NCBI RefSeq assembly: GCF_001194135.2
Contig: NC_068993.1
Coordinates: 46,729,743-46,793,742 of the forward strand
Direction: 5' to 3'
From: Octopus bimaculoides
Taxonomy: Eukaryota
Length of the DNA stretch: 64,000 nucleotides
In this document: positions 1 through 13,003 of the stretch, one piece after another
Numbering within the stretch: position 1 is the first letter of the stretch
Layout: each line of letters begins with the position of its first letter
Translations under genes and position numbers: made by a program
Notes under the pieces: model-generated
What the model saw: only the letters and a program-made list of their open reading frames with translations
Told to the model about the DNA's origin: nothing
Databases searched by the model: none

Positions 1-145
1 ACCTGGTACTTATTCTGTTGGTCCCTTTAGTTGAACCACTAAGTTATGGGGAGATAAACACAACACTTGGTGTTGAGTGGTGGTAGGGGACAAACACAGT
101 CACAAAGACACAGGCAATATACATGACAGGCTGAAAGAAACCTGT

Positions 146-226
<81 letters not shown>

Positions 227-229
227 ATG

Positions 230-263
<34 letters not shown>

Positions 264-910
264 TATATATATATATGTTAGAGGCAATACTTGACAATTG
301 TAAGCACCTGTGTATGCCAGCTCGTGGTTGAGGTGAAAGAATGAATTGTAAATGCAAAAAATAAAAACAAAAACACAAAGGATTCTGCGGTACACGTGTT
401 TCAAGCTTTACACACATACACACATGTGTGTATGTGTCTTTGGCCCTACATTTGTCCCCCACTACTGCTTGGTAACTGGTGTTGGTTTGTTTACATCCCT
501 GTAACCTAGTGGTTCAGCAAAAAGAGAGCGATGGAATACATACAAGGCTTAAGAAAAAAGAAATGTACTGAGGTTGATTCATTTGACTAAAAGTTCTTCA
601 AGATGGTGCCCCAACATGGTTGCAGTTTATTGACAGAGACAGATAAAAGATATATTTAACTTTACTATGAAAGCAGACTCTGCTCTTTAACCACTAGGCT
701 CTCAATAAGTTGGAATGAAAATCCAACCAACTAGTGTGTTCAGTCTTCATTCAGACTTGCTGGGAGACTCACTTTTACTTTGTGGCATTACTGTACATGA
801 TAACATTTATAAACACTAAGAGATGTGTATGTATATGTGTGTATATATATATATGTATGAATTCACTTAAAGTATTAAGACAAAATTCTTTTCTTCTGCT
901 TGTGTTGCAG

Positions 911-1042
911 GTGCTCGATACGGTCGCCGTTCCACTTGGATTGGTGCCAGTGGTGATCAGACGTACATGAGAATTGATGAATCTTTGATCAATGCTCACA
1001 CACTCACTAGCTGTAACATCTTTGCCAACCAATCTTGTATTG
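911..1042 (+). CDS. MYCBP2: MYCBP2/Highwire exon (1st in window, phase 1-1)
   Basis: ttgcag| and |gtgagt; translates GARYGRRSTWIGASGDQTYMRIDESLINAH, matching my recollection of human MYCBP2 GARYGRKATWIGASGDQTFLRIDEALINSH. Confidence 0.95.
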
Positions 1043-1402
1043 GTGAGTTCATTTATCATTGTGTTAGCAGGCTTGTTGCGCATTATGTGTGTGTGTGAAT
1101 GTATCACTTAATGTCTATGTTGGCCTGTATTTGTGTATAACCTATCCACTGCCAAAAATGTGTTCTTCCTATCAGCTGCAAAACTTCATTGTTGCCAACA
1201 TTAATGATGATACGATGAAAGGTGATTGTTGAAATGCATGAGTAGAGGTGTGGTATGAGAGGTAAACCACTCCACTTAGCATTTGTTGACCTGGAGAAGA
1301 TAGCTGACATGGTAGATACCTACCATGCTCTGTAGTCACTTTGAAACCTGGAAATAAATGAGTTGAACATGCTTCTCCGGGTGTTTAATATTTACATGTG
1401 TG

Positions 1403-1449
<47 letters not shown>

Positions 1450-1904
1450 ACACACACTAAATGAATAAATATTCAAAAATATTTAAGCAGATATTATTAT
1501 TAATTATTTTCATTAGTAAAATAAATAACAATAATAATATAAATGGCCAGCAAGCAAAAGCTGATAAATAGCAAATCCAGAATTTTATAATTAATTTATA
1601 ATCATCATAGGGCACGCAAGGTGCCAGCATTGCTATGAAAATCAGAGTTGAAAAATCCTCTAAAAAAACTCTAAAAATTCTCTAAAAAGTTGGTGGGTTT
1701 TTTTCCAGTGATTCCTGGCAATATATATATATATGTGTATATATATATATATATAAAGGAATACCAAAAATGGGACAAGAACGCCAAACATCCAGTCAGT
1801 TAGATGATACAAAAAAGGAACAACAAAACATCCAGACAAACGATTATATATACATATATATATCACCTATCTGTCTTTTTTTGTTTAATTTTGAACCACA
1901 TATA

Positions 1905-1935
<31 letters not shown>

Positions 1936-1962
1936 ATAAAGATATATACTCACACACACACA

Positions 1963-2233
1963 AATGACATTAGAAATGAGCTGAGAGAAAAATGTGCTGC
2001 TATGGTATGGTATGGTCATGTATTGTATATGTATGATAACAGTTGGCTAAAGAAGTGCCAAATTATCTGAGTAGAAGGAAACAATAAAAGAGGGAAACCA
2101 AGGAAGACTTAGGCATAATTGATGAAAGATGATTTCAGGAGTTTGAATCCCAGTTGCAATAAGTCGATGATGCTGTATTGTTGAAGACCTGTGCAACCCA
2201 TGCAAGCATGGAAAATGGCTGTAAAAATGAAGA

Positions 2234-2235
<2 letters not shown>
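1963..2235 (+). mobile_element. RTE-clade LINE 3-prime end remnant
   Basis: WYGHVLYMYDNSWLKKCQ..VEGNNKRGKPRKT with stops (RTE WxGHVxRM...RGRPRKTW motif); 3-prime end aacccatgcaagcatggaaa... Confidence 0.75.
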
Positions 2236-2297
<62 letters not shown>

Positions 2298-2653
2298 ATA
2301 TGTGTATGTGTAAATGTAAATATATAAATGTGAAACTAGTATTTTGTGACCCAGAAAATATTTGTTCTGTTGACCTCACCACATTTTGTATCCCTATACA
2401 TTCACACTCTTACATGTAGTGATTCACCCACATGTACAATCACTTGCCAAGCTACACGTTCACCAGCTCTCTTACATTCACATGCTTGCACACGCTCATA
2501 CTTGTCCATGCACCCCCCCCTTACACACATCTGCATCCTTATGTTCACATCTATACACTTATGTGCACACACGCACATATTCCACATCTCTTGTAACTGA
2601 ACTACATTATCATTATTTGACCTTCTGACCTTTTTGTCTAATGTTATTTCCAG

Positions 2654-2732
2654 GCTTAATTCCTGTTAATGAAGACAGTGGCTGTACTATGAAGTGTCTG
2701 ATGATTAGTAAACATGATGGCTGTTGTAAAAG
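2654..2732 (+). CDS. MYCBP2: MYCBP2 exon 2 in window (phase 1-2)
   Basis: tttccag| and |gtatgt; [26 protein letters not shown] (human GLVP...FKCLLINKVDGSCK); phases join both neighbours. Confidence 0.92.
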
Positions 2733-2820
2733 GTATGTGGTTGTGTTTTATATGGGACGACTGAGAACAGAATTATATATATATATATATGTGTGTGTGT
2801 ATCATTTAACGTCTGCTTTC

Positions 2821-2897
<77 letters not shown>

Positions 2898-2900
<3 letters not shown>

Positions 2901-3245
2901 ATCATTTAACATCCATTTTTCCATGCTGGCATGGGTTGGATGATTTGACTGAGGTCTGGAAAGCCAGTGGCTGCACCAGGCTCCAATCTGATCTGGCAAT
3001 GTTTCTACAGCTGGATGCCCTTCCTAATGCCAAGCACTCCGAGAGTGTTGTGGGTGCTTTTTACGTACCACTGGCACAGGAGCCAGTCAGGCGACCCTAG
3101 CTTCGATCATGTTCGGATAGTGCTTTTTGCATGCCACTGGCACGGGAGCCAGTCAGGCGGCACTGGCATCGACCACATTTGGATTATGCATTTTACATGC
3201 CACCAGCACGGGAGCCAGTCAGGGTGCACTGGCCACAGCTATGAA
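2898..3245 (-). mobile_element. same RTE-tailed element family, reverse
   Basis: catcatttaacatcc...gtttctacagctggatgcccttcctaatgcc; further copies at about 30988-31080 and 60395-60625. Confidence 0.75.
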
Positions 3246-4028
3246 TTGATAATTACTGAGTTCAGTGTTTCCTCTTTATAATATGATGTACTACAGAATG
3301 AGGCTATAGATATCAACCAACACTGTGGGAATTTATTAATTAAACTTTATTAAATATATTGGGCAATCATAAATATATGTTCCTTTTATACACCCTCTCT
3401 CTGTGGACAAAAAAAAAAGGATCAGCCCAGATGTTGTCAACAATTGTCTAAAATCTTTTCACTGTCCATGCTGTAATGGTATTTATAGCTACTATCATTA
3501 AGGGTCTTGTTTAATCAGATTTATGATGCCTTCTTGACAGTTACTTCAGGGATGGTTAGTGAAATAAGCATCAGTTATATATTTGGGTGGATTCCATTAT
3601 AAGTTTTCTTCTAGATTTAAGAATATGGGAATAGAAAAATTACAGATATTAGTCGTTCGCTTAAAATTAAATTGCAGCATATTAATATTGTTGTCATTGT
3701 TCTGATTTCCAGTTCAAATGAGATTGGTTTGTCAACCTTATGTACCTTTTCTTTGAAATTTCTTAGAAACCAGAGAAATAAAGCATTATTATTACAAGGG
3801 TGAAAGATTGGCAGAATCATTAAAGCATCTTGTGATTTTTAGTTATGACTAAACCTGTTGTAGACAACTTTACCTTTTATCCTTTCTAGTTCACAAAACG
3901 TTCCTGTCAAGTGGTATGGTCGATAAAATCAACTGTTCTCCTCTTGCTAAATAACTGGTTTTGTGCCTGTGTGAGAAATGAATTGTTTTCACAAATTGTT
4001 ACAGGCTGTGGTATGTAGAATGGTAGAA

Positions 4029-4250
4029 AGGCGGCGATCTGGCAGAAACGTTAGCACGCCGGGCGAAATGCTTGGCAGTATCGTCTGCTGCTACGTTCTG
4101 GGTTCAAATTCCGCCGAGGTTGACTTTACCTTTCATCCTTTTGGGGTCAATTAAATAAGTACCAGTTATGCACTGGGGTCAATATAATCGACTTAATCCG
4201 TTTGTTTGTCCCCTCTGTGTGTAGCCCCTTGTGGGCAGTAAAGAAATAAG
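4029..4250 (+). mobile_element. tRNA-headed SINE, full length (tail type A)
   Basis: ggcggcgatctggcagaaacgttagc head, gggttcaaattcc B-box, taagtaccagtt core, ...gtgggcagtaaagaaataag tail; many copies in window. Confidence 0.85.
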
Positions 4251-4569
4251 AATAATGGAATAACTGCTTAGCATTATTTCCCTTCATACTCTGAGTTCAG
4301 ATCCTTCAGAGATCAACTTCTTATGTTGTCCTCTGCTATATTGATGAAATAAATGCTCTCCAAATTCTGAGAATATTTCAATTGAATGAAATTTTCCCCT
4401 AAACTAGTTGCTTTGTTCTCTTATTGAAAATTCTTATTAAAACAGTCTACATCAATCTTATCAATAAATTTATCTTCTCATCTCTTGAAATAGACTAAAA
4501 AGATTCTGGCAGAGTTACTGTGGCAGTGAAGTTATAGAATCACATGGCTGGACTGTATGCCTTACTGTA

Positions 4570-4900
4570 TCAGGTCCTATTGTTTTAGATTCTCACTTCT
4601 GATCTGGTCAACCTCAATATTGCCTCTCCCTTCTCTATGTTTTCATCTTCGGTCCTGCCAGACTCAACATTACGTCTCTATTCTCTGTATTTTGATCTCC
4701 AGTCCTTTCAGTCTTATTATTGCTTCTCCCTTCTCTGTGTTTTTGTCTTCCATCCTGCCAGACTCATAATTGCCTCTCTAGTCTCTGCATTTCGATCTCT
4801 GGTCCTTTCAGGATCCATATTGCTTCTCCTTTGTTTTGATCTTCAGTCCTACTAGGCTCAGCTTTACCTCTGTATGCTCTTAATGTTGATCATTGGCCCT
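4570..4900 (+). repeat. degenerate ~45-bp repeat (TATTGCTTCTCCCTTCTCTGTGTTTTGATCTTCAGTCCTGCCAGACTC-like)
   Basis: recurring attgcytctcc and cagtcct / cctgccagactc motifs. Confidence 0.6.
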
Positions 4901-5328
4901 GCCATGTTCAACCATTACTTCTCTTTTCTCTTTGTTCTGATTTTTAGTCTAGCATGGCCCCACAATGATTTTCATTAAACTGTAATCTGATCTTCAATCG
5001 ACTTAGGCTTAATTGTTGCCTATCACTCTTCTGAGTCAATAATGATAACTTTTTTATTTATTTATTTATTTATTTAAACTTTCTGGGTAAGACATTTTTA
5101 TTTGCTTAAGTATGTTCGCAGACAACTGCTTCCACTTCCACCTGACATTTAAGTGCTTAGTGATGAGTGAGAAGAGATTTAGTTGTAAAGAAAAACATTG
5201 CTTGGAAATACATTCCACAATTCTCTTTTATTATGTAAAGAAGCAATTTGAAAATTGGTAAAAAAAAAAAATTAAAAAAGCAGAAACCTTAAAAACTATA
5301 GATAACTCTTTTGTTACTTTCATTTCAG

Positions 5329-5403
5329 TTTCAGTTCGGCTGATCAAGAAAACCTGTTTCACCATGCTGTGTGTCTAGATCCAGTGTATGACACTCTTTG
5401 GAG
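5329..5403 (+). CDS. MYCBP2: MYCBP2 exon 3 (phase 2-2)
   Basis: catttcag| and |gtgagt; FSSADQENLFHHAVCLDPVYDTLW (human VCLDPVYDVIW). Confidence 0.92.
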
Positions 5404-5423
5404 GTGAGTGGCATGTGAGAATA

Positions 5424-5470
<47 letters not shown>

Positions 5471-5759
5471 AATGCATTTACAAAATATTTATACTGTATG
5501 TACAATATGGATATGTATATACAGTTTATACATTGAGTACACTATATGCGTGTGTGTATATATATATACACACACACATGCACACATATATTTAAGAGCT
5601 AAATACAACAGGTGGTTTACTCAAACTCTTTATTATAACACCATAGATTATGTAATCTTTCCACATGTTTAACTAGTGTATGTTGTATGATAATTATCAC
5701 ACAGATAATTGCTTAATTACTTACCAGTGACAGTTCTTCACAAGAAAATAGTAATTTAA

Positions 5760-5991
5760 AAGGCGGCAAGCTGTGGTGATCAGACGTACAGTGGGCGAAA
5801 TGCTTAGCAGTATTTCGTCTGCCGTTACGTTCTGAGTTCAAATTCCACCGAGGTCGACTTTGCCTTTTATCCTTTCGGGGCCGATAAATTAAGTACCAGT
5901 TACGCACTGGGATCGATGTAATCGACTTAATCCCTTTGTCTGTCCTTGTTTGTCCCCTCTATGTTTAGCCCCTTGTGGGCAATAAAGAAAT
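5760..5991 (+). mobile_element. tRNA-headed SINE (tail type A) with 18-bp TSD and a host-exon-derived patch
   Basis: TSD AAGAAAATAGTAATTTAA at 5742-5759 and 5992-6009; head altered at 5773-5791. Confidence 0.9.
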
Positions 5992-6236
5992 AAGAAAATA
6001 GTAATTTAATCCAATGCTTGTGTAGTATCCTTATAAAAGACTATCCACCACCTGACGAAGTGTTTTCTGGTTTGGAATTACTTACATTGTTAATTATAAA
6101 ATCTCATTTGTTTGCAAAACCAAAGGACAATAAGTTCTGTCATCTGGTTCTGTTTTAGTATCCTTGCAATATCTTATCAAATATGCTTTTTTTTTTGTTT
6201 TTGTTTACTGAACTTCTGACTTTGTATCTATTTTAG

Positions 6237-6406
6237 CTATTCTCCCAGCAAGAATTTAATCAATTGCTACATGGTATTGCTTCCTGAGGCCCGTCCTCTT
6301 TACAGCATTGACTCCAGCTTCTGTAACATCCTCAGTCCCGAAATGTATATACCTACAAGAGCTAGTTCCTATTCCACAAGGTCACATTGTTCATTGCACA
6401 TGCTTG
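6237..6406 (+). CDS. MYCBP2: MYCBP2 exon 4 (phase 2-1)
   Basis: ttttag| and |gtaagt; ...CNILSPEMYIPTRASSYSTRSHCSLHML (human CSILSPELALP...TRSHAALHIL). Confidence 0.93.
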
Positions 6407-6453
6407 GTAAGTATGTATGTATGTTTGTATGCATGTATGTATGCGCATGGGTT

Positions 6454-6504
<51 letters not shown>

Positions 6505-7617
6505 ATTTTGTATTTCATACCCAAACTATTATATTTAATATATTTAATGTCTCTAATTTATCTGCATAATTGCCTCTATATCCACTCAACTTGATCCCTC
6601 TTCCAGCCATTCTTTAGCTTGTGGAATTGATCCTCTGTAAAGACATCGGCGTCTAAGTTAGAATCTTTTGAGCACTACAAAGTGTCTTCTATATGGAGAA
6701 TCTCTGGACCTCATCTGTGGACTATACATCTTTTGCTTGGCCAAGTGCTACATATAGAAAATACATATATATATATATATAAATAGAAAACAGCATGTTT
6801 TACTGCTGGGCAAAAGTTGCTACTGGTATCTTTCCGCAGTCAACTTTAATTGGTTGAAGTGGGCATGGCACCACTGTGCTAATGCATAGTAACCAAAATA
6901 TGGCTTCCCTAATCACTAAAAATCCCTTGCATTAACTTTAATTGGGTAGGCCTATGATCAGGGCATTCAGGCTATGACTATGCCATCTTTTTAATGGTTA
7001 TCTAGGGCTATCTTATTCAGTGTGTTCTTTGTGTGAGATTTTAAGGTTATGTGTGTTTTGAAGGAGCTTTGACCTGCTATTTCAAGCAGGTTGAGTGATT
7101 ATGTACACTCCCTGAGGAGCTGTTGGTAGGGAAAAGATGTGGTTACTAAAAGTATGTGGAGACTGAAGAGGTATGGGAAGTAATGGGGTGTGGACTCTAA
7201 AGCGATGTGCCAGGTAAAGTGGAAAAGGTGTGGAAAGGAGAGAGGTATAGACCTTGAAAGGATATGGACACTGAATGAAATGTGGAAAGTGAAGAAATGT
7301 GGACATGAAAGGCATGTGGACAGTGAAGAGATGTGAATAATGGGGGGATGTGGACACAGTGTGTGGGCAGCAATATAAACATGAAAGCAGTGTCAACATA
7401 TAAACATCAAAATTTCCATTACAAATATTTTATAAACTTTTTTCATTTGAAGAGGAAGATGTATTTTTGAGATGATGTATGGTGTCTCAATTACTCTTAA
7501 TGAAACCTGCATTGTGTGGGAGCATAAAAAATATTGTCTTTTATAACAAATAGTAAACATATGTACATAATGTTTGGTTGATTATCTTCATGTGTGTTCT
7601 TTTGTCTGTACTTGTAG

Positions 7618-7743
7618 CTTGTCTCGATACATTGACCACTGCCCAACAGCTACACTTGGTGGTGTACGAAGAGACGAAGGAGAAGAGGGCGGCCACCAAG
7701 GATTACACCAAAGAAGACTTTTCAATTATTAACAGATTTGATA
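7618..7743 (+). CDS. MYCBP2: MYCBP2 exon 5 (phase 1-1)
   Basis: cttgtag| and |gtaagt; CLDTLTTAQQL...YTKEDFSIINRFD. Confidence 0.94.
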
Positions 7744-7917
7744 GTAAGTTACTCTCTCTCTCTCTATCTCTCTCTCTCTTTTCTCCATCTTGATACTTCT
7801 CTCTATGAATCTGTTTTGTTGTTACTAAAGATCTAGTTTGTTGTTGCTCCACTTCTCCAGCCTCCCTTCCACCATTGGTGGTCCTTATTAAGAACATACC
7901 TTGTTTGTCTACTGCAG

Positions 7918-8045
7918 GTCATGGAGGTGGTTGGGGTTATTCGGGCCATTCAGTTGAAGCTATTCGCTTTATGTCTGACACCGATATACTATTGGGTGGC
8001 TTTGGCTTGTTTGGAGGCCGTGGAGAATATTTTGGACGAATCAAG
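7918..8045 (+). CDS. MYCBP2: MYCBP2 exon 6, PHR1 domain start (phase 1-0)
   Basis: ctgcag| and |gtaaga; SHGGGWGYSGHSVEAIRFMSDTDILLGGFGLFGGRGEY, the hallmark PHR1 sequence. Confidence 0.97.
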
Positions 8046-8690
8046 GTAAGATTCTCTATTTTCACTTAAACTATTGCTGTTTTCCGAAGTTAAAAACTTT
8101 AGCTAACAATATGTGCATTTGTGTGTATGTCTATATATGTATGTATGTTTGTGCGAGTGCAAGTGTGAATATGTGAGACCTGTATAAAAGAGAAACCTGA
8201 CTTCTTAAACCAAGTTACTGATTTACTTACAATTTAATCCAGCTTATAGTCTTTAGCTTCTGCTACTATTCATACCCACTTCCAACTTTTATTTTCTTGC
8301 TTTTAAACACATTTTCTGGGATAGTATAGAGTTCTTGTAGTGAATAAAATTGATGTTCATTGATGTGGACCTGAACTTAACGGAACCAAATCTATGCAGT
8401 AGGGTGGATGCAGGAACGAGTAATTGCATGCTTTGTCAACCGGTCACAGATAAGGAGTGCTGTGCTAGCAGGTGCATTGTCATAGTGCAACATTCAGGTT
8501 CTATTTGTCCATGGTGCAGTCCTCTTTCTTCACATTGCCTCTTTCAAAAGGTTAAGGACATCGAACCGAAACACCTTACTGATCATCTGACCACGTGGAA
8601 CAAACTCATGACTCGGTTTCACTCAAAAGTTTTGCTTGGATTGAATAAAACATAGGTTACTGATTTATATTACTAATACTAGTTAGTTTA

Positions 8691-8918
8691 TTAACCTATT
8701 TGTTACCATATCTCTGTTGAGATGCTGTGTTTCTTTCAATTAATTTTAGATATAACAAAGAATTTAGTAACATAACTTAGTTATTATTATGCTAGTGTTA
8801 GGAACATAAATTGTGACTAAGGTTTGGTGGAAGATTTTAATTCAGAACTTTTAAAAACAGGACATCTGTACTATCTAGCCAGAGGCAGTTTCAGGTGAGT
8901 TGGTATCAAAAGGGTTAA
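8691..8918. mobile_element. TTAA-flanked MITE (piggyBac-like ends)
   Basis: ttaacc...aaagggttaa termini. Confidence 0.6.
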
Positions 8919-9155
8919 ACTTATATTTTGTTGTATTTAGGGTGAGTCATTATGCCAGACCCTAATCGATATAAAATAAAATTTGCTTCCACACAAGAAC
9001 TCACACCATGCATCTTGCAAGTCAATTCCTAAAATCAAAACCTCATATTTTCATAAGCCAAAAGTTAATCATATCCTAAGATGTTATTGTATAATTGAGT
9101 GAAACTAAAGCAGCAATTTTAATACTGATTAGATTATAATATTTACCCAAATATA

Positions 9156-9372
9156 AGGTGGCGAGCTGGCAGAAGCGTTAGCACTCTGGACAAAATGCTT
9201 AGTGGCATTTCATCTGTCTTTAGGTTCTGTGTTCAAATTCCACTGAGGTTGACTTTGCCTTTCATTCTTCCAGGGTTGATAAAATAAGTACCAGTTGAGC
9301 ACTGTGGTTGATGTAATCAATTTACCCACTTCCACAAAATCGCTGGCCTTGTGCCAAAATTTGAAATCAATA
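9156..9372 (+). mobile_element. tRNA-headed SINE (tail type B)
   Basis: same head and core; tail ...gctggccttgtgccaaaatttgaaatcaatatt. Confidence 0.8.
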
Positions 9373-9430
9373 TTTACCCAAATTAGGAGAAACATTTAGA
9401 ATATTGGATATGGATATTCATATACAGCGC

Positions 9431-9475
<45 letters not shown>

Positions 9476-9691
9476 GATATGGTTATATGCAAATACTATA
9501 TATACATTCATTTATACATGTGTATAGTCACACACACAGACATGCATACACAAACATTAACACATATGTACAAACACACACCATACATGTACACACACAG
9601 ACATCCACTCAAATCTCTCAATCTTTGATTTTTCTGTCCTGACTGTTTGTTATTTGAACCATTGATCTATGTGTCTGTGTGTCTGGTACAG

Positions 9692-9783
9692 CTGTTTGAA
9701 CTTGGCTTTGATGGTGCTGACAAGGAAGAAGATGGAACTCTGTTGGCAGAAACTGAAGAAATTCCATTTGAATGTGCTGCCAG
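9692..9783 (+). CDS. MYCBP2: MYCBP2 exon 7, PHR1 (phase 0-2)
   Basis: gtacag| and |gtaagt; LFELGFDGADKEEDGTLLAETEEIPFECAA. Confidence 0.95.
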
Positions 9784-10046
9784 GTAAGTTGTTTTGTTTT
9801 CTTCCAAAGTGTTAAATTATGGTAGCACCAACGATAGATAAATATTGTTATTGATAATGTTGACTATAGGAATGAAGAATATTTATATGTGAATAAATAC
9901 TCACACACACACACACACACACAAGGCAAGCGGGCATATTGATAGATACTTAGACAGAAAGACAGGACAGTAGACATAGATATATGTTAAGCAGATTTTG
10001 TTCCCTTTGTGAAGATTAATTAATGCCTTTGTTGTTTGTTTTCCAG

Positions 10047-10181
10047 AGAAACCTATGCAATGTTATTTTATGAGCCGGTGTCTCTCCAGGCTAATATCTG
10101 GTATGTGGCTTGGGCTAGGATATCTGGACCAAGTAGTGACTGTGGATCAAGTGGGCAGGCTGTTGTCACTACAGAAGATCA
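10047..10181 (+). CDS. MYCBP2: MYCBP2 exon 8, PHR1 (phase 2-2)
   Basis: tttccag| and |gtgagt; YAMLFYEPVSLQANIWYVAWARISGPSSDCGSSGQ. Confidence 0.96.
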
Positions 10182-11229
10182 GTGAGTATTTGCATTGATT
10201 GATTGATTGATTGATTGATTAACTCCTGGTCAACTCTGATTTAGGAGACATTTAATCCCAAGCATGATCTCCACTGAATTTTTTTCCATTTTTTAATTTT
10301 GCGCAGCCAGTGATTCTAAAACCACATTTTTTTTTACTGAAAGTGTCTTAAAAAAAAAAGTCTATGGGTATAATTTGCACAATTGCCCCTCAAAAACTGG
10401 AGGTGTTGGGGCCGAATGGTTGCATGGTTTAAGTATCAAATTAGTGTTGAAGTATCTGAAGTTCAAACATATTGCTGCTGCTAAGGCACCCATTCTTGTG
10501 CTGCTGGGAAAAATACATAACTGTGCTTACCTCTGTTTGCTTGGTTGACATGAGGTTGATTCTAGTTTCCTGAAGAGTGCTTAGTTATAGAATAAATCCT
10601 CAGCTATCAGAAATAAGAGTTACAGTAATAGATTGGTAATGTGAGAAGTATGTGAAGAATTTTGGGGCAGATAGTAAGTCAATTATGGAATGAAATGATT
10701 TGGTGCAGCTGTTTGGAGACTGACAATTTGGCATGGTTAAACTGGACATTCAGCCTGTTTTGGCGACAGTACATTTTGGTGCTGGAATTCAAACACAGGT
10801 ACAGACACATGCAAAAATAAACACAGATAGACCACGAGGAGGAGAGATATTACAATTTATTAATTGAAAACATTTGAGGAAAACACTTTCCCTCTCCTCA
10901 GACACATAGAGAGGAATATGTCCAGAAACACACAGAGAGCAATGGAAACATGAAAACATAACATCTGGATATCAAATAACTCCGCATCAAATCAGTGGTG
11001 CTAAATGGCAGATGCTAAAACGTCTCAGACCTAGTCTGTTACATTGATCCCACTGCTCAACTGGTACTTATTTTATTGACTTCGTAAAGATGAAAAGTAA
11101 AGTTAAAAACTCTGTAGAATTTGCACTTAGAACATAATGAGTCTAAAGAAATAGTGCAAAGCATTTTTCAGTCTCTCTGTCTGTGTCAGTTTGATAGTAT
11201 TAATAATAATAATAATAATAATAATAACG

Positions 11230-11432
11230 ATAATTCTTTCTGCTGTAAGCATAGGCCATGAAGCTTTAATGAAAGGGACTAGCCAATTACATTGACCCCC
11301 AGTGCTCAACTGGTACTTATTTCGTCAACCTTGAAAGGCAAAGTCAGCCCCGTTGGAATTTGAACTCAGAAGATAAAGCTGGAAAAAATGCTTCTAAGCA
11401 GTTTGTCCAGTGTGCTAATGATTCTGTTTGCC
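11230..11432 (-). mobile_element. tRNA-headed SINE, reverse orientation
   Basis: ccccagtgctcaactggtacttattt...gaatttgaactcagaa. Confidence 0.7.
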
Positions 11433-11563
11433 AATATCGATGATGATAATAATTTCTAAAGTAAAATTTAAGGAAGAATAAAAAGATTTGTTGACTTAAA
11501 AGTGCATAAATTATTGCCTTCCATTTTATATTCACAACTTTCTTTCTATCTCTTGTTACATAG

Positions 11564-11647
11564 AGTGGTGTTTAAATTCAAGAGTTCAAAGAAATCCAAT
11601 AATGGAACTGATGTGAATGCTGGACAGATCCCTCAGTTACTTTACAG
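11564..11647 (+). CDS. MYCBP2: MYCBP2 exon 9, PHR1 end (phase 2-2)
   Basis: acatag| and |gttggt; VVFKFKSSKKSNNGTDVNAGQIPQLLY. Confidence 0.96.
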
Positions 11648-13003
11648 GTTGGTTGAAATCTCTTTCTCTTAATCCCTTTTCTCATCCTTTTCTGCTTCTA
11701 CTTTTATGCCCCTTACAAACTTGTAATCTGTCTTAGCCAAATTTGAGTTAATGCAAATTTTAAGGGTGACATCTTCACAGTTTGTATGGTCATCCATGCA
11801 ACATCATCATCGTCATCATTGTTTTAACGTCTACCTTTCCATGCTTGTATGGGTTAGATGGAGTTCATTGCTGTAGTTTTTCTATATGTGTATGACCCTT
11901 TTGTCACTCACCCTCACCTGTTTCCAAGCAAGGTGATATTTCCTTATGACCAAATACTATTTTGCAGAATTTTGTTAAAAATAAGTAACAGCTTCTCTTA
12001 TGGTAATGACTCTCATTTGCAACTATCACAATGTTGAGACAAAGAAACCCACACATGTACATGCCCGCGATAGAATTTTCTCCTCAAAGATGATGTGTGA
12101 GTGTTCAGGTTTTATTGAATGACCTGCATAAAGGATTTGTTTATAATGATCAAATGTGTGTGCTGTACATTAGCTCACTCCCTCCATCGAATTGACATTG
12201 CCTTTACAAGTGCACAAGTGAGGTAGATTTGGCTATTATTTCTATTGGGTCAAGGCTCCCTTCTTAGGTTCATGCTTGTAAGAATGTCTCACTTCAATGA
12301 ACCACAAGCAAATATCTATTTGCTTCCTAAAAATAAAGTGAAATTCTGTCCTTGGTCTCTCTTGTTATGTGCCATGTCTGAGTGCATTGGTAATCATGGA
12401 ACTCTATGCCAAAGTTTGAAGTTTCATGATTTTGCTTGGGGAAAACACATCAATGGCTTCCCATTGCCTCCTGCTGGTTTATTTAGTTTACTTGTTAGAT
12501 TCCTGCTCTCCTGAGCTTACATTTGAGACACAAGACCTATTTATCTATCTCTGTGACAGAGGAAGTGATTCAAGTGGCATAAGGGCATGTCTACTTAACA
12601 GTGGATCTGTACAACACCTGTCTAGGGGCCAGCCCTCTTCTGAGTCCTGTATGCCTAAACCATAGGGCTGTCTTCTGCTCTTTGACCCTTAAGTGGCGCC
12701 CTTGAAAGTTACTATTACTCTAGGCCAGAGCAGATCTAAGAGTAGTGATAGGTAAGAGGAAACTCCGATCTCTGTAAAACCCTCTGATCTTCCAAATTGG
12801 AGCCTCACTACCAAATTATTATTCACAAAAAGGTATTCTTTTTAATCATTTATTATTGGCTTTTCATCCCTACAGGGTTGATTAAATGAGGTATTTGGCC
12901 AGAACTGGGGTCATTGTACTTGACTAATCCTCTTCCTTTCAAAGTTTCTGACTAAATTAGGCCCAATTATTATTGTTATTGTTGTTCTTTTTTCCTTCTT
13001 CAG

